DNA of 64,000 nt from an uncultured Verrucomicrobiae bacterium. GTDB taxonomy: Bacteria; Verrucomicrobiota; Verrucomicrobiia; Chthoniobacterales; JAFAMB01. Of the stretch, positions 40,001-48,725 are shown in pieces. The notes below the pieces were generated by a model, which made no database searches, was not told where the DNA came from, and was given only the letters and a program-made list of their open reading frames with translations. The translations under genes and the position numbers were made by a program. The stretch is taken from positions 152,249 through 216,248 of the forward strand of contig CAWAIK010000030.1 in NCBI GenBank assembly GCA_963782115.1. Direction: 5' to 3'. Within the stretch, counting starts at the first letter, position 1, and each line of letters starts with the position of its first letter.

Positions 40001-40327
40001 CGAAAACTCCGTCAATTTGATCAGGCCCGGAAATATTATGAGGATGCCGCGGCTGAAGGATATCCCCTCTCTTTGTCGAATCTGGGCGTGCTTTACATGA
40101 ACGGGGAGGGCGTGCAACGCAGCCCTGAAATCGCGGCAAACCTGTTTAAGCAGGGTGCGGAAAAAGGGGATCCAACGGCCATGTGCTTTTACGCCGGTTG
40201 TCTTGAGGAAGGTCTCGGTCTCCAAAGGGATTCTAAGACGGCGGCCGAATGGTTCAGACGATCCGCACATGCCGGGAATCCCCGAGCCATCGAGTGGTGC
40301 CGGACGAACGGAGTGTCCTACAAGTAG
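37061..40327 (+). CDS. Ser/Thr protein kinase with a second degenerate kinase-like domain, TM helix, Pro-rich repeats and C-terminal Sel1 repeats
   Basis: Kinase motifs GRGAMGITYKA, VALKVI, HRDLKPANLML, DFGLAK and GTPHFASPEQ. TM helix VPGLLLIVGLVVLLLGGLGWG. Sel1-like repeats include AAEKGSVPAMLIIGQF, AAAKGNADAMVEAGLLY and GAEKGDPTAMCFYAGC. Confidence 0.9.
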   Translation: MADAERYQHYEVLRRGDGSLWELGRGAMGITYKAFDTNLRCPVALKVINSTYLNSDVARQRFLREARAAAALRHQNVASVFHLGTDHESYFYAMEFIDGETVDAYMKRTGPLRPLEALEIMLQVSRALAAAAKQQLVHRDLKPANLMLVDEEGEKVVKVIDFGLAKSAKREGEDSGALTVGGGFVGTPHFASPEQLEERDIDIRSDIYSLGATLYYMISGRPPYSGSVAQIMSQHLYKPLPLEPLEGSPSCVVQLVQRMMEKERANRPQAAADLRQEIVRCIEVIQANATATSHPPPATKRLAEQPETLATEAFSTDRPASSETPTVLARRYQLTRDLGDIAQGRRFLADDLQRCRKVLLLLFNREFLADTKRYTALEQEVDQLRRAPRQELQEIYSLESAGPQSFLVQEIVVGPTLVEILRIRSALTPPEALLVLKLLAPVADHAHANRLQQVALTVSGVHLTMPGLTEQPIDPALLQRPLTQWNQLGIKVEPVDFSLSSSDSATWAGSATLVQSSAGEGPRASYLGMLSLLVYELLGGPRSTVEATGRYTPIAVLSEEGNTVLRSGLTDALPSAVEMSNLLEGQIFSKASEHVFVPGVVSPPSSIRSGGVAPSPSKTYVRPVAAEPPSAPPSGVPPPLPPDSEKRKTSVPGLLLIVGLVVLLLGGLGWGGYEVYQYYVGQRIAQSGATHPTPVIKVIPRPQATPTPTPKLTPLPTPKPLPTPTPTPEELTTPTPTPEASVNPSPTPEEKITSRPTPEEKITPKPEERITPRPTPEERANPTPTPAPPLDDFQEKLGAAQELGKSGDWQGALKAYLELIDRFPERSIALKRLDNLLAELHGTEGKPDAAAYAEAKPNLVRAAEKGSVPAMLIIGQFARESTPLEAMKWFEIAAAKGNADAMVEAGLLYSNRRQPGDDRRALEYFLQASNTGDRRGKYLAGECYYFGKGVPADPAKAVGFLQEAAALHEPRAMDLLGTHFRKLRQFDQARKYYEDAAAEGYPLSLSNLGVLYMNGEGVQRSPEIAANLFKQGAEKGDPTAMCFYAGCLEEGLGLQRDSKTAAEWFRRSAHAGNPRAIEWCRTNGVSYK
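39296..39410 (+). repeat. in-frame imperfect tandem repeat (24-30 nt units, about 4 copies) inside the kinase linker
   Basis: CCTACACCGGAGGAGAAAATAACC occurs twice and then in diverged copies. It encodes PTPEEKITSR / PTPEEKITPK / PEERITPR / PTPEERANPT. Confidence 0.7.
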
Positions 40328-40499
40328 AGTACTGTTCTGAAACGCGAAGCTTCCCCCTCCTTCCAATGCCTGCCACTCCAACTGCGGTCCCAGTGTCCGA
40401 AGACGCTCGTCCCACGAACCAGTGCAAACAGGGCGAGTTAATGATATTTGCTTGTTTGGGCTTTGGAGACTTGATAAAGTGGTTGTTCGCAATTTTTCT

Positions 40500-41012
40500 A
40501 TGAACGCGGTTCTTATCAAATCCTCATCGGCCGTCCTTGTTGCGGGGCTACTTCTAACCGGATGTGAAAATATGTCGCCGGGAGCAAACGGCGCCGTGTT
40601 TGGTACCGGCGCAGGTGTTCTGGCAGGTGGTCTGGCACGGGCCGCGGGAGCAAGTACATCGGAAGCAGTGGCAATTGGACTTGCGACAGGCGCAGTGGTC
40701 GGCGTTACGGCCTACGTCATCGCCAAACACAAGGCAACCGAACGTCAGCGTCGATATGCCGAAGAACGGGCGCGGCTCGCTTACGAAAATGCGCCTCCTC
40801 CGCGCAAGGCTGCCTACCAAAAGACGCGCTACATCGCGGTGGACACCGTGCGTGAACAAAATTCGTCGGGTGCGAAATCGGTCATGATCTATGACACGCA
40901 GACGCAACAGGTCGTTGGAAATAACGTCTACGATGTCAAGGAAGCGCCCAAAGAAGGAACGGTCTCCAAATTCGACACCTATTCGGCTGAATACGTCGGA
41001 ACCGGAGCGTAG
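40500..41012 (+). CDS. lipoprotein with a glycine-zipper segment
   Basis: ATG at 40500 gives MNAVLIKSSSAVLVAGLLLTGC (lipobox LTGC). A Gly/Ala-zipper follows: GAVFGTGAGVLAGGLARAAGA...GLATGAVVGV. Confidence 0.6.
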   Translation: MNAVLIKSSSAVLVAGLLLTGCENMSPGANGAVFGTGAGVLAGGLARAAGASTSEAVAIGLATGAVVGVTAYVIAKHKATERQRRYAEERARLAYENAPPPRKAAYQKTRYIAVDTVREQNSSGAKSVMIYDTQTQQVVGNNVYDVKEAPKEGTVSKFDTYSAEYVGTGA

Positions 41013-41216
41013 GGCAAGAGAGTAGTTCAGAAGTTAGAGAATGGAACGATAGAAATCGGACTTTTCGATGGTTGGGAGCGCTTGCCATTTGCACTCGATT
41101 CAAGCCGTGAATCTTTTTTGCCGCCGGAAAGCTTGCCTCCTGAACTCTTGCACGCGTGTTCTCCGCCCTCGTTTCAGCGCTTGGTCTCTCGGCGCAATTG
41201 TGCCACTGGTAAGGAT

Positions 41217-42146
41217 ATGGGCTTCGAACATCGCGTCATTGAGCAAGATGGCCATCGATTGCACGAGCTGGCGGATCGCGAAAGTGGATATCGAATTCAG
41301 GTTGATAACCTAGGGGCAGAGCTGGTGAGCGTCGCACGACGCGCGACCGACGGTGGCTGGACTGGATACCTTTACCGGGATGGTGAGGTCAAGCCTGCTG
41401 CAAAGGGTTGGCAGAGTCATGCAACCGTCATGGGTTATTTTCTGCACCGGATCAAAGATGAAAAGACTTTGTACGAAGGAGACGAAATCCGTGGCGGAAA
41501 TCACGGCTTCCTGAGACACAAAGAATTCGCTGACCCGGAGATTGTACTTGCTGATCGAGCCACGCTCAGCTATTCGCTCCCAGTCGACCAGATTCTGCCG
41601 ACCGAATACCCGCGCAAGGTCTCTTTTCGAATCGATTACACCCTGGACGGTGACACAGTGGAAGTGACCTTCATTTTTCGTAACGAAGAAATGGAGCGCC
41701 GATCCCATGTGAGTTTTGGGGTCCATCCCGGGTTTGCAATTTCGTCATTCGAACAAGCCCGGGTCGTTCTGCCGAGAGGGACATACCGGCGGTATCTCGC
41801 TCCTGACAACTTTTTGAGCGGAGAGACCGTCGAGTTTGAATCCGACGGCGCCACGATGCCGATAAAGCCATTTGAGCTGCCTGGTTCATTTCTCCTCGAA
41901 ACGATCGAAGCCGATAGTTACGTGGTGAAACTTCTGGACTACGGGCGAAACCGGCAGGTTGAACTCGATTTCTCGGACGCCCCTTACTTTACCATTTGGA
42001 GTGATTTGAATCCGTTCATTTGCGTTGAGCCCTGCTGGGGCTTGCCTGATCACCAGGAACAGCGAGCTTTCGAGAAGAAGCTCGGCATTCAAGCGATTCC
42101 GCCGCAAGAGACCTTCACCAGACGGTTCTCGATGCGGCTCGATTGA
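41217..42146 (+). CDS. aldose 1-epimerase (galactose mutarotase-like) family protein
   Basis: About 309 aa from the ATG at 41217. It is a beta-sandwich-type sequence with VSFGVHPGF and CVEPCWG motifs resembling the Aldose_epim family. Assignment by resemblance only. Confidence 0.6.
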   Translation: MGFEHRVIEQDGHRLHELADRESGYRIQVDNLGAELVSVARRATDGGWTGYLYRDGEVKPAAKGWQSHATVMGYFLHRIKDEKTLYEGDEIRGGNHGFLRHKEFADPEIVLADRATLSYSLPVDQILPTEYPRKVSFRIDYTLDGDTVEVTFIFRNEEMERRSHVSFGVHPGFAISSFEQARVVLPRGTYRRYLAPDNFLSGETVEFESDGATMPIKPFELPGSFLLETIEADSYVVKLLDYGRNRQVELDFSDAPYFTIWSDLNPFICVEPCWGLPDHQEQRAFEKKLGIQAIPPQETFTRRFSMRLD

Positions 42147-42148
42147 TA

Positions 42149-43363
42149 ATGAATTTTGTTCAAACTCTCAGAAAACGATCCGAGCTGCAGCCCGGTGTCC
42201 CGGCATTAATCGACCGATGCCTCTCCGGCGATAGAGTCCTGACTTATTCGGGATTGAATCGACTCGTTGATTTTCTGTCGTTCGAGTTGCGCGAAAAAAG
42301 GGTCCAATCGGCTGACCGGATCCTGATTGGAATTGGTCCCTCTCAGGAAATGTATAGTTACCTCTTGGCAGCGGTGCAAATTGGGGCGGTCCCAATTCTC
42401 TGCGATCATGCAACTCCGCACGACGAGTTCATTTCCTGGATAAACGCTCTGGAGCCGAAAGCTTGCATAATCCCACAGAGAGGATGGGTCGGCTCTCATT
42501 TCGACGCGGTCCTCAGAAAAATTCCGTCAAAGATTTTCGTAGGCCATGTTCGTTCCCAAGCGCGCTGGCTGCGCCTGGGAAAATTGGGCGCGCTGGAAGA
42601 GCAGCCTGAAAATTCGGCGGCGCTGATTGCTCTGGTGCGCGAAATGTCAAATCATCTGGCCTATCGGTTGTGGTCGCAAGACCAGCTGAGGCAGAGTGTC
42701 CAGTTGCTGGTGTCTCAATTGAAGCTGAAAGCCGGCGAGATAGATCTTTGCGCCTCGGCGCTTCACGTGCTTGGTAATCTGGCGGCAGGTCTGACCAGTA
42801 TAATTGGGTCTCGTTCGGAAAGGAGCCTGGACCGTCAGGTTGAGAAGTTTAAGCCGACGCGCACTGCGGCTCGCAGTCCTGTCGTTCGAAGGCTCTTGCG
42901 AAAGCCGTTTTCGCCGTTTCACAGGGTGTTCATCACTGATGCGCCTCTTGGCCCCGAAGAAATCGATCATTTCACGGGCCGCCTGCAGCACGCCAACATC
43001 GAGTTAATTTTTTACGATGATCTCCCGCTCGCTTCTCTTCCATTGAGGGAGTACGAGCGGAAAGGAAGCGCGACGCTCGTTGGCAATTTTCACCCGACGG
43101 TGGAGGCACGGATTTCCGCCCGCGAGGAGACCGAAAAATCAACAGCCGGGCACGCCGAGACGCCGATCATTTCGAAATCGGACGAAATCGGAGAACTATT
43201 CATTCGTGCTTCGTTTCTGCCGAAGCGGCAAACTCTTGCTGATCTTTTGAGAGAGGGCTCCCTCGCCATGGCCGCCCCGAACGGTGATTGGCGTTCGGCC
43301 AGCGTATTCGGATATTTTGACGACCAGTCGCGGTTTTGGCTAACCGAGCGAGCAACCGACTAA
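42149..43363 (+). CDS. adenylate-forming (AMP-binding) enzyme homologue, short and with degenerate motifs
   Basis: The N-terminus resembles acyl-CoA ligases (PALIDR...[30 protein letters not shown]...[14 protein letters not shown]). No intact SGTTGxPKG P-loop could be seen. Confidence 0.5.
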   Translation: MNFVQTLRKRSELQPGVPALIDRCLSGDRVLTYSGLNRLVDFLSFELREKRVQSADRILIGIGPSQEMYSYLLAAVQIGAVPILCDHATPHDEFISWINALEPKACIIPQRGWVGSHFDAVLRKIPSKIFVGHVRSQARWLRLGKLGALEEQPENSAALIALVREMSNHLAYRLWSQDQLRQSVQLLVSQLKLKAGEIDLCASALHVLGNLAAGLTSIIGSRSERSLDRQVEKFKPTRTAARSPVVRRLLRKPFSPFHRVFITDAPLGPEEIDHFTGRLQHANIELIFYDDLPLASLPLREYERKGSATLVGNFHPTVEARISAREETEKSTAGHAETPIISKSDEIGELFIRASFLPKRQTLADLLREGSLAMAAPNGDWRSASVFGYFDDQSRFWLTERATD

Positions 43364-43419
43364 GATCCTTGTCGCAATCCACCGCTAGGTCAATGATCCA
43401 ACCGATTTCCTTCGCTCAG

Positions 43420-44178
43420 ATGCTGACCAAAAGAATTATACCTTGCCTCGATGTCACCGAAGGTCGTGTCGTGAAGGGGACGAAGTTTTTGCAGTTGCGC
43501 GACGCGGGTGATCCGGTGGAGTGCGCGATGGAATATAACCGCCAGGAGGCCGATGAACTCGTCTTTCTCGACATCACAGCGTCTTCAGACAACCGGCGAA
43601 CGATGATCGACGTGGTTAAGCGCACGGCGGAACAATGTTTTATGCCGCTCACCGTCGGGGGCGGTATTCGAACCGCCACCGATGTACGGGAGATGCTGCT
43701 TGCGGGCGCCGACAAGGTGAGCATCAACACGGCTGCGATCCGGGAGCCGGAATTAATTTCGCGATCCGCCGAGGCTTTTGGTGTTCAGTGCATTGTGGTA
43801 GCGATCGATGCAAAACGGACAGGACCAAATCGTTGGTCCGTCTTCACGCACGGTGGCCGGAACCGGACGGACCTGGATGCTGTGGAGTGGGCGCAAGAGG
43901 TCGAGAGAAGGGGCGCCGGAGAAATTCTGCTGACCAGCATGGATGCAGACGGGACGAAGGACGGTTACGACATTGATCTAACAGCTGCTGTGAGTTCGAT
44001 CGTCGGGATTCCAGTCATAGCGAGCGGCGGAGCGGGTACCCTGGAACATCTCCTACATGTGCTCACGCAGGGGAAAGCTGACGCAGTCCTGGCTGCCAGC
44101 ATTTTTCATTTCGGCGAGTATACGGTCCGAGAAGCGAAGCGGTTCCTTGCGGCAAACGGCGTGTTGGTCCGCAGCTAG
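43420..44178 (+). CDS. hisF: imidazole glycerol phosphate synthase cyclase subunit
   Basis: [23 protein letters not shown] and [20 protein letters not shown]. 252 aa from the ATG at 43420. Confidence 0.93.
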   Translation: MLTKRIIPCLDVTEGRVVKGTKFLQLRDAGDPVECAMEYNRQEADELVFLDITASSDNRRTMIDVVKRTAEQCFMPLTVGGGIRTATDVREMLLAGADKVSINTAAIREPELISRSAEAFGVQCIVVAIDAKRTGPNRWSVFTHGGRNRTDLDAVEWAQEVERRGAGEILLTSMDADGTKDGYDIDLTAAVSSIVGIPVIASGGAGTLEHLLHVLTQGKADAVLAASIFHFGEYTVREAKRFLAANGVLVRS

Positions 44179-44202
44179 AAAACCGTCGCGCGAGATGGCA
44201 GA

Positions 44203-44850
44203 ATGGCGAATGGAGCGTTCAGTGCAACGGATGTTCTGGCCTCTTTCGACTTCTCGGCGCTGGCCATTGCGATCGCCGCATTTGCCTCCACCAATGTCGA
44301 CGATCTGTTTTTGCTGGCGAGCTTGTTCGTCGATGCAGAATTCCGGACGATATCGGTCGTAGTCGGTCAATTTCTCGGAATGTCGTTCCTTGTGGTGATC
44401 AGTATTCTGGCGGCGCTGTTTACATTTGCGATTCCGAGCGGATGGATCTACCTGCTTGGTTTGGTCCCTCTCCTACTTGGTATCAATCGGCTCTGGAAAC
44501 TGTTCAGAAGGCGGCCGGGAACCGGTTTGACTGATCGAATCGGGACCGACTTTGTCGGCAAAGAACAACTCCGATTCAGATGGGTGAACTCGGAACTGGC
44601 ATTGGTGACGCTGCTAACGATGGCAAACGGCGGAGACAACCTCAGCGTCTACATTCCGTTGTTCTCGATTCAGCGAGCATTTATTCCGTACTATGCGCTT
44701 GTCTTCGGTGTGATGACCGGGCTCTGGTGCTTGTTTGGCTATTATCTTACCTGCCATAGCCTATTTGGAAACAGGGTAAAGCGCTACGGGCGGTTCATCA
44801 TTCCTTTCGTCTTGATCGGAATTGGGCTGAGCGTGCTCTCCCACCTGTAA
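44203..44850 (+). CDS. CadD-like cadmium-resistance transporter family membrane protein
   Basis: 215 aa with about 5-6 TM helices. The N-terminal IAIAAFASTNVDDLFLLASLF motif resembles the CadD family. Confidence 0.65.
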   Translation: MANGAFSATDVLASFDFSALAIAIAAFASTNVDDLFLLASLFVDAEFRTISVVVGQFLGMSFLVVISILAALFTFAIPSGWIYLLGLVPLLLGINRLWKLFRRRPGTGLTDRIGTDFVGKEQLRFRWVNSELALVTLLTMANGGDNLSVYIPLFSIQRAFIPYYALVFGVMTGLWCLFGYYLTCHSLFGNRVKRYGRFIIPFVLIGIGLSVLSHL

Positions 44851-44883
44851 GATTTTTGTGAGAGGGACGAAGGAGGCGTTCGA

Positions 44884-45348
44884 CTACGTGCACTCACGAC
44901 ACTTCCCGAAAAATTCCAGTGAATGGCGAATCTCCGAAAATCCGTATCGCTTTTCGATCTTGCGCTCCACTTTTTCCACCGGACAAGAATCGATCATGAG
45001 CGTCACTCGACCGCATTCGGTGCAAATGATATGGTCGTAATGTTGTTGCGGGTTGACTAGCTCGTAGTAACTGCAGGAACGGTGCAAATTCACTTTCTGG
45101 GCGACATGGAGGTTTTCTAGAACCATCATCACTCGAAAGACCGTGGCATAATCCGGTGCCCCTCTATCGGGTCGAATTCTCGTCTGGATTTCATCCAGCG
45201 AAAGCGGTTTCTCCGCTCGAAGCAGGATATCGATGATCCGGATGCGATTCTTGGTAATCCGCATGCCGTGCGCTCGCAGGAACTCAACAATCGCATCCAG
45301 AGAGAGCTCTTTCAGCGGATATTGATTCGCCTGCGTTTGCCGAGTCAT
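44884..45348 (-). CDS. Fur-family transcriptional regulator
   Basis: Winged-helix N-terminus and metal sites HYDHIICTECGRV ... GKCRECT (two CxxC pairs). Confidence 0.9.
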   Translation of the reverse strand: MTRQTQANQYPLKELSLDAIVEFLRAHGMRITKNRIRIIDILLRAEKPLSLDEIQTRIRPDRGAPDYATVFRVMMVLENLHVAQKVNLHRSCSYYELVNPQQHYDHIICTECGRVTLMIDSCPVEKVERKIEKRYGFSEIRHSLEFFGKCRECT

Positions 45349-45384
45349 AAGGTTGACGCAGCTTACGTTAGAGCGTAGACCCGT

Positions 45385-46392
45385 TCAAGCAAGCCCTGGA
45401 AAGTGCCGGGAGAGCGATTCGAAACCTCTCGCAAAAGAGAGTTGCGCGGCTGCACACCTGTCCAGAACCGCCAGTTGCTCTTCGTAAAATCCTTCGTCGT
45501 TCAGAAGCCTTCTGGTCAACTCGGTGAGTTGATCGAATGTCCTTCCGCTCCCGTGCAGCTCTGGAAACGCGACCCGTTCCACCGTGCCGTTTCCGCCAAC
45601 TGTGGGGACTCTGCAGAGCAAACTGTCTCCCGCCACCTGCCCCGGGACGGAGCTCTGGTCGAATTGCAGCACCAGTCGATGGCTGGCAATCAATCGCAGG
45701 TACTTCGGGTACGGTAACGGCGCCGCCACGGTGAGTTGATCTTCCGGGAACTTCAGTGACTGCAACCGCTGCAAACCCGATTTGCCGTCCTGATTGATCA
45801 CCGTAATCGGGACGGAAAAGATTCGCGCGGCGGACAAAGCCAACAGATGATTGCGTGAAAGCACATCAAATTCGCGTGTTCCAATGAATAGGCCGTGCCG
45901 TTCGTTGATGGGCCGCGAAAAGTTCCAGGAAGGATACTCAAACGGATAAGGCGTCGGAACATGGATAGTGCGCTTGGAGACTGAGGCGAAGAGCGGGAGG
46001 AGATCGGGTGTACTCGAGAGACAGAGATCTGCGCTTGAGGCAATCTCGCGAAAGCGCTGAAATCGCTTCGGCTTCGACAATTGATGAGCGACCTGTTGAG
46101 TGCCTGATTCCTTAAACGAGACGGCGACGAAGCATCCATGGGCTTTCAGGATCGCAAACGCGCGTTGCGATTCGCTCAGGTCTCCGCGGAGAAGCAGCAT
46201 GACGCTGCGATGCCGCGCCGCGAACGCCGGTGTGCGATAAAAGGCGCCTTTGGTGCAGGCGGCGTAGGCGTGATAGTTGACCGGCGGATGAGCCGTTTCA
46301 TCTGCCTGACCGGGTCCATCCCGAAAGCTTTGATCGGGATCTCGCCCGCCGGGGTTAAGCACGGCGATCCCGGAGAGCGTCGCGAAGTTCAC
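45385..46392 (-). CDS. hypothetical protein (possibly GT-B glycosyltransferase-like C-terminal half)
   Basis: 335-aa ORF immediately upstream of fur on the same strand. The C-terminal segment GQVAGDSLLCRVPTVGG weakly resembles the GT1 family. Low certainty of function. Confidence 0.45.
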   Translation of the reverse strand: MNFATLSGIAVLNPGGRDPDQSFRDGPGQADETAHPPVNYHAYAACTKGAFYRTPAFAARHRSVMLLLRGDLSESQRAFAILKAHGCFVAVSFKESGTQQVAHQLSKPKRFQRFREIASSADLCLSSTPDLLPLFASVSKRTIHVPTPYPFEYPSWNFSRPINERHGLFIGTREFDVLSRNHLLALSAARIFSVPITVINQDGKSGLQRLQSLKFPEDQLTVAAPLPYPKYLRLIASHRLVLQFDQSSVPGQVAGDSLLCRVPTVGGNGTVERVAFPELHGSGRTFDQLTELTRRLLNDEGFYEEQLAVLDRCAAAQLSFARGFESLSRHFPGLA

Positions 46393-46890
46393 AGGAGCTG
46401 AAGTCTAGCCTGAACTGGCTGCGTGCCGCAAGGCCGACTGGAAAGCCCTGTCGGCGTGCGGGCAGTGCGGTGTGTCGCGGGTAAGGTGTTGTTTTTGCAG
46501 AGACTATCTTCCGGCACCTTGTGGGCAGCGCCTCTCTAGTCTCCAGACACGCCGTTTCCGCGACCCTAAGGTCCACCTCAAGTGCTTGGGTCCCGATAAC
46601 TTCTTCCAGGGGCCGACCAACGGCCGGAGGCCCAAATGCGTCAGACACGCCAAGAGTCTTGATAACTGCGTTCTGAAAAAATTGCAAAACTAAAACAGTG
46701 TAACATTCCTTTTCTGGCATAAAAGGGCAGGGCCCCAAAATACTGATTATGGGCTCTGTGGGCGTGAGATTGAGTTCAAGCACTTGCTGACGTACTCCTT
46801 TTTGCCTTTCGCTAAGGCCGAGGCTGAAATAGTCTGTCCCTGCACCCGGCAGCCGGTTGCATTCGGTGCGTAGACCTTTTTTAGAGTTTC

Positions 46891-47499
46891 ATGCCAACGA
46901 CCAATTCAATTGCACACGAACTCTGGACGGCCGATGAGTTCCTCGAGTGGTTGGAGCCAGGCGTTTTTGCCGACCTTATCGATGGCGAAATACTTATGCA
47001 TTCTCCGGTCAGTCTGCTCCATGCCAATCTCACAAATTTCCTAGACCGGCTTCTTGCGGCTTTTATCGAGCACAAAGGGCTAGGAGGCGTTGTCCACCGT
47101 GAGGTGGTCGCCGTGCGTATGAGTCAGAGAAGTGTCGTCATGCCGGATATTGCCTTTTATACGGGGGAGCAAGAGCAGTTATTTCGGGAGGTGCACATTC
47201 CTGTGGCGCCCACCTGGGTCGCAGAAATCCTTTCGCCGGCGACCGCGCTCAATGACGTTGGCCGGAAGTTCGCCAAGTACGAGGAGTACGGAGTCAAAGA
47301 ATACTGGGTCTTGGATCCGATAACTCTAACCCACCGATTCTACAGTCGACAGGCTAACTTGCTTCTGGAATTTGCGCAAAATGAAGACATCATCCGTTCC
47401 AGGGCGATTGGGGACTTTTGGGTTAAACGGAGTTGGCTTGATAGACAATCGCGATCTAAACCAACGGTTTCCGAAGCCCTCGCCCAGCTTGTCGCTTGA
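46891..47499 (+). CDS. Uma2-family (DUF820) putative restriction-endonuclease-like protein
   Basis: [28 protein letters not shown]...MPDIAFY...[12 protein letters not shown] follows the Uma2 pattern. Confidence 0.8.
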   Translation: MPTTNSIAHELWTADEFLEWLEPGVFADLIDGEILMHSPVSLLHANLTNFLDRLLAAFIEHKGLGGVVHREVVAVRMSQRSVVMPDIAFYTGEQEQLFREVHIPVAPTWVAEILSPATALNDVGRKFAKYEEYGVKEYWVLDPITLTHRFYSRQANLLLEFAQNEDIIRSRAIGDFWVKRSWLDRQSRSKPTVSEALAQLVA

Positions 47500-47529
47500 C
47501 GCTTCAATAGCAGGCTCGAACGGGGATCT

Positions 47530-47895
47530 TTTGCCTCTAGGGCGGTCCACCCGCCGGTTCTGCCGCCAGGCGTAATCGCCGGTGAGGTTGATGTGTTCCC
47601 ATCCGAGGGGCGACAGGTGTTCAAGCCTCAATCGACGCGGCTAACCGAAGAACCTCTTTCCAGTGGCCCGGATGAGTTTTTGATTCAAGACACCGCCAAT
47701 CAAACCCGTTAACGCGGCATAATGCCTTTGGCCATCAGGCACGTACAAACGTCGATCCGTTAAGCCTCGAATCCGGGGCGCGAATCGGAAGCCCAACAGG
47801 TGCATCAGCGCGAACACGTGATCCCTAAAACCCGCCGTATCTGTGTAATGCTCTTCGATCCAGGATTGGGCGGCTCTTAGAGCGACCTCTGGAAC
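47530..47895 (-). pseudogene. Tn3-family transposase, C-terminal remnant (truncated, frameshifted, internally deleted)
   Basis: My minus-strand translation gives [51 protein letters not shown]...[11 protein letters not shown]. After a frame change it continues [21 protein letters not shown]. These are hallmark C-terminal Tn3 TnpA blocks. About 800 N-terminal aa and about 130 internal aa are missing. Confidence 0.7.
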
Positions 47896-48013
47896 TCAAA
47901 GACGGTTTTGCGCTTCCGCAGAAGGAAGCCGGCGGTGGACTCGTGTGGGACAAGGACGCCGTTGAGCGCTACCGGGTTTGTTAGCCGAGCACACCAGCCA
48001 CGAAAGAACCATT

Positions 48014-48416
48014 ATGACTCTGCCCGTTACCTCTGAATCCGTTGACCATGCCGCGCGCGATGCCGCAATCGCATTGCTGCGTTTCGTCGGGCCCGCGATC
48101 GCGGCATCTGACTATTTGTTCTGATCGGTATCTTCATCCTGCTGGCTGGGATGGGCGTCGGCGAGTTCATTTACTGGCGGAGTCTCCAAGGCGGTTCGGG
48201 GACGATGAGGATCCGCTCCTTTCGCAGTATGATTCTCGCGTGTATCAGCGGGATGTGCAGATGTACGTCGGCACGTTCGGCTTGATCATGGACCAATGGT
48301 CGCGGGCGGCCGCGAAACTGGGAGAACCCAGGCCCCTTGCAATCACGATCACCGTGCTCGCGGTGCTCGCGGCAGGCGGCTGTTTCATGGTGGCCTCGCG
48401 CATGCCTCGCGATTGA
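48014..48416 (+). pseudogene. small two-TM membrane protein gene apparently split over three frames
   Basis: MTLPVTSESVDHAARDAAIALLRFVGPAIAASDYLF(stop) is followed by IGIFILLAGMGVGEFIYWRSLQ in the next frame. The third frame carries DDEDPLLSQYDSRVYQRDVQMYVGTFGLIMDQW...ITITVLAVLAAGGCFMV. This is my interpretation only. Confidence 0.35.
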
Positions 48417-48725
48417 AACCGGCGGCTTCCTGACTAAAGGTTCCTGCCGAAGTCTGAATTCGCTCCAGCGCCCGCTTCTTGACTGGGTGTTTTTGACTAA
48501 AACTCGAAAGGTCAATTTGTGTCAAAACCCGTTAGTGGGTCGGTTTGATTCTCGACGCTGTGTTCACCGCTTCACGCGGGTGGTCTCAGTGGGGAATCCA
48601 CGTGAGTTTTTGCAGGCGGAGAAACAAGAACAAGAATTCCCGAAGCGTGTGACCAACGAGTCGAGCGCACGCACCCCTTTCTTGGACGTAAACGCTCAAC
48701 TCTCTGCTTCCGTCCTTCAAACGAT

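Noticed and set aside
46355-46783. 142-aa minus-strand ORF
   Set aside because: It overlaps the start of the upstream hypothetical gene, has no motifs and has an odd composition. The region is treated as non-coding (see the finding on the gap).
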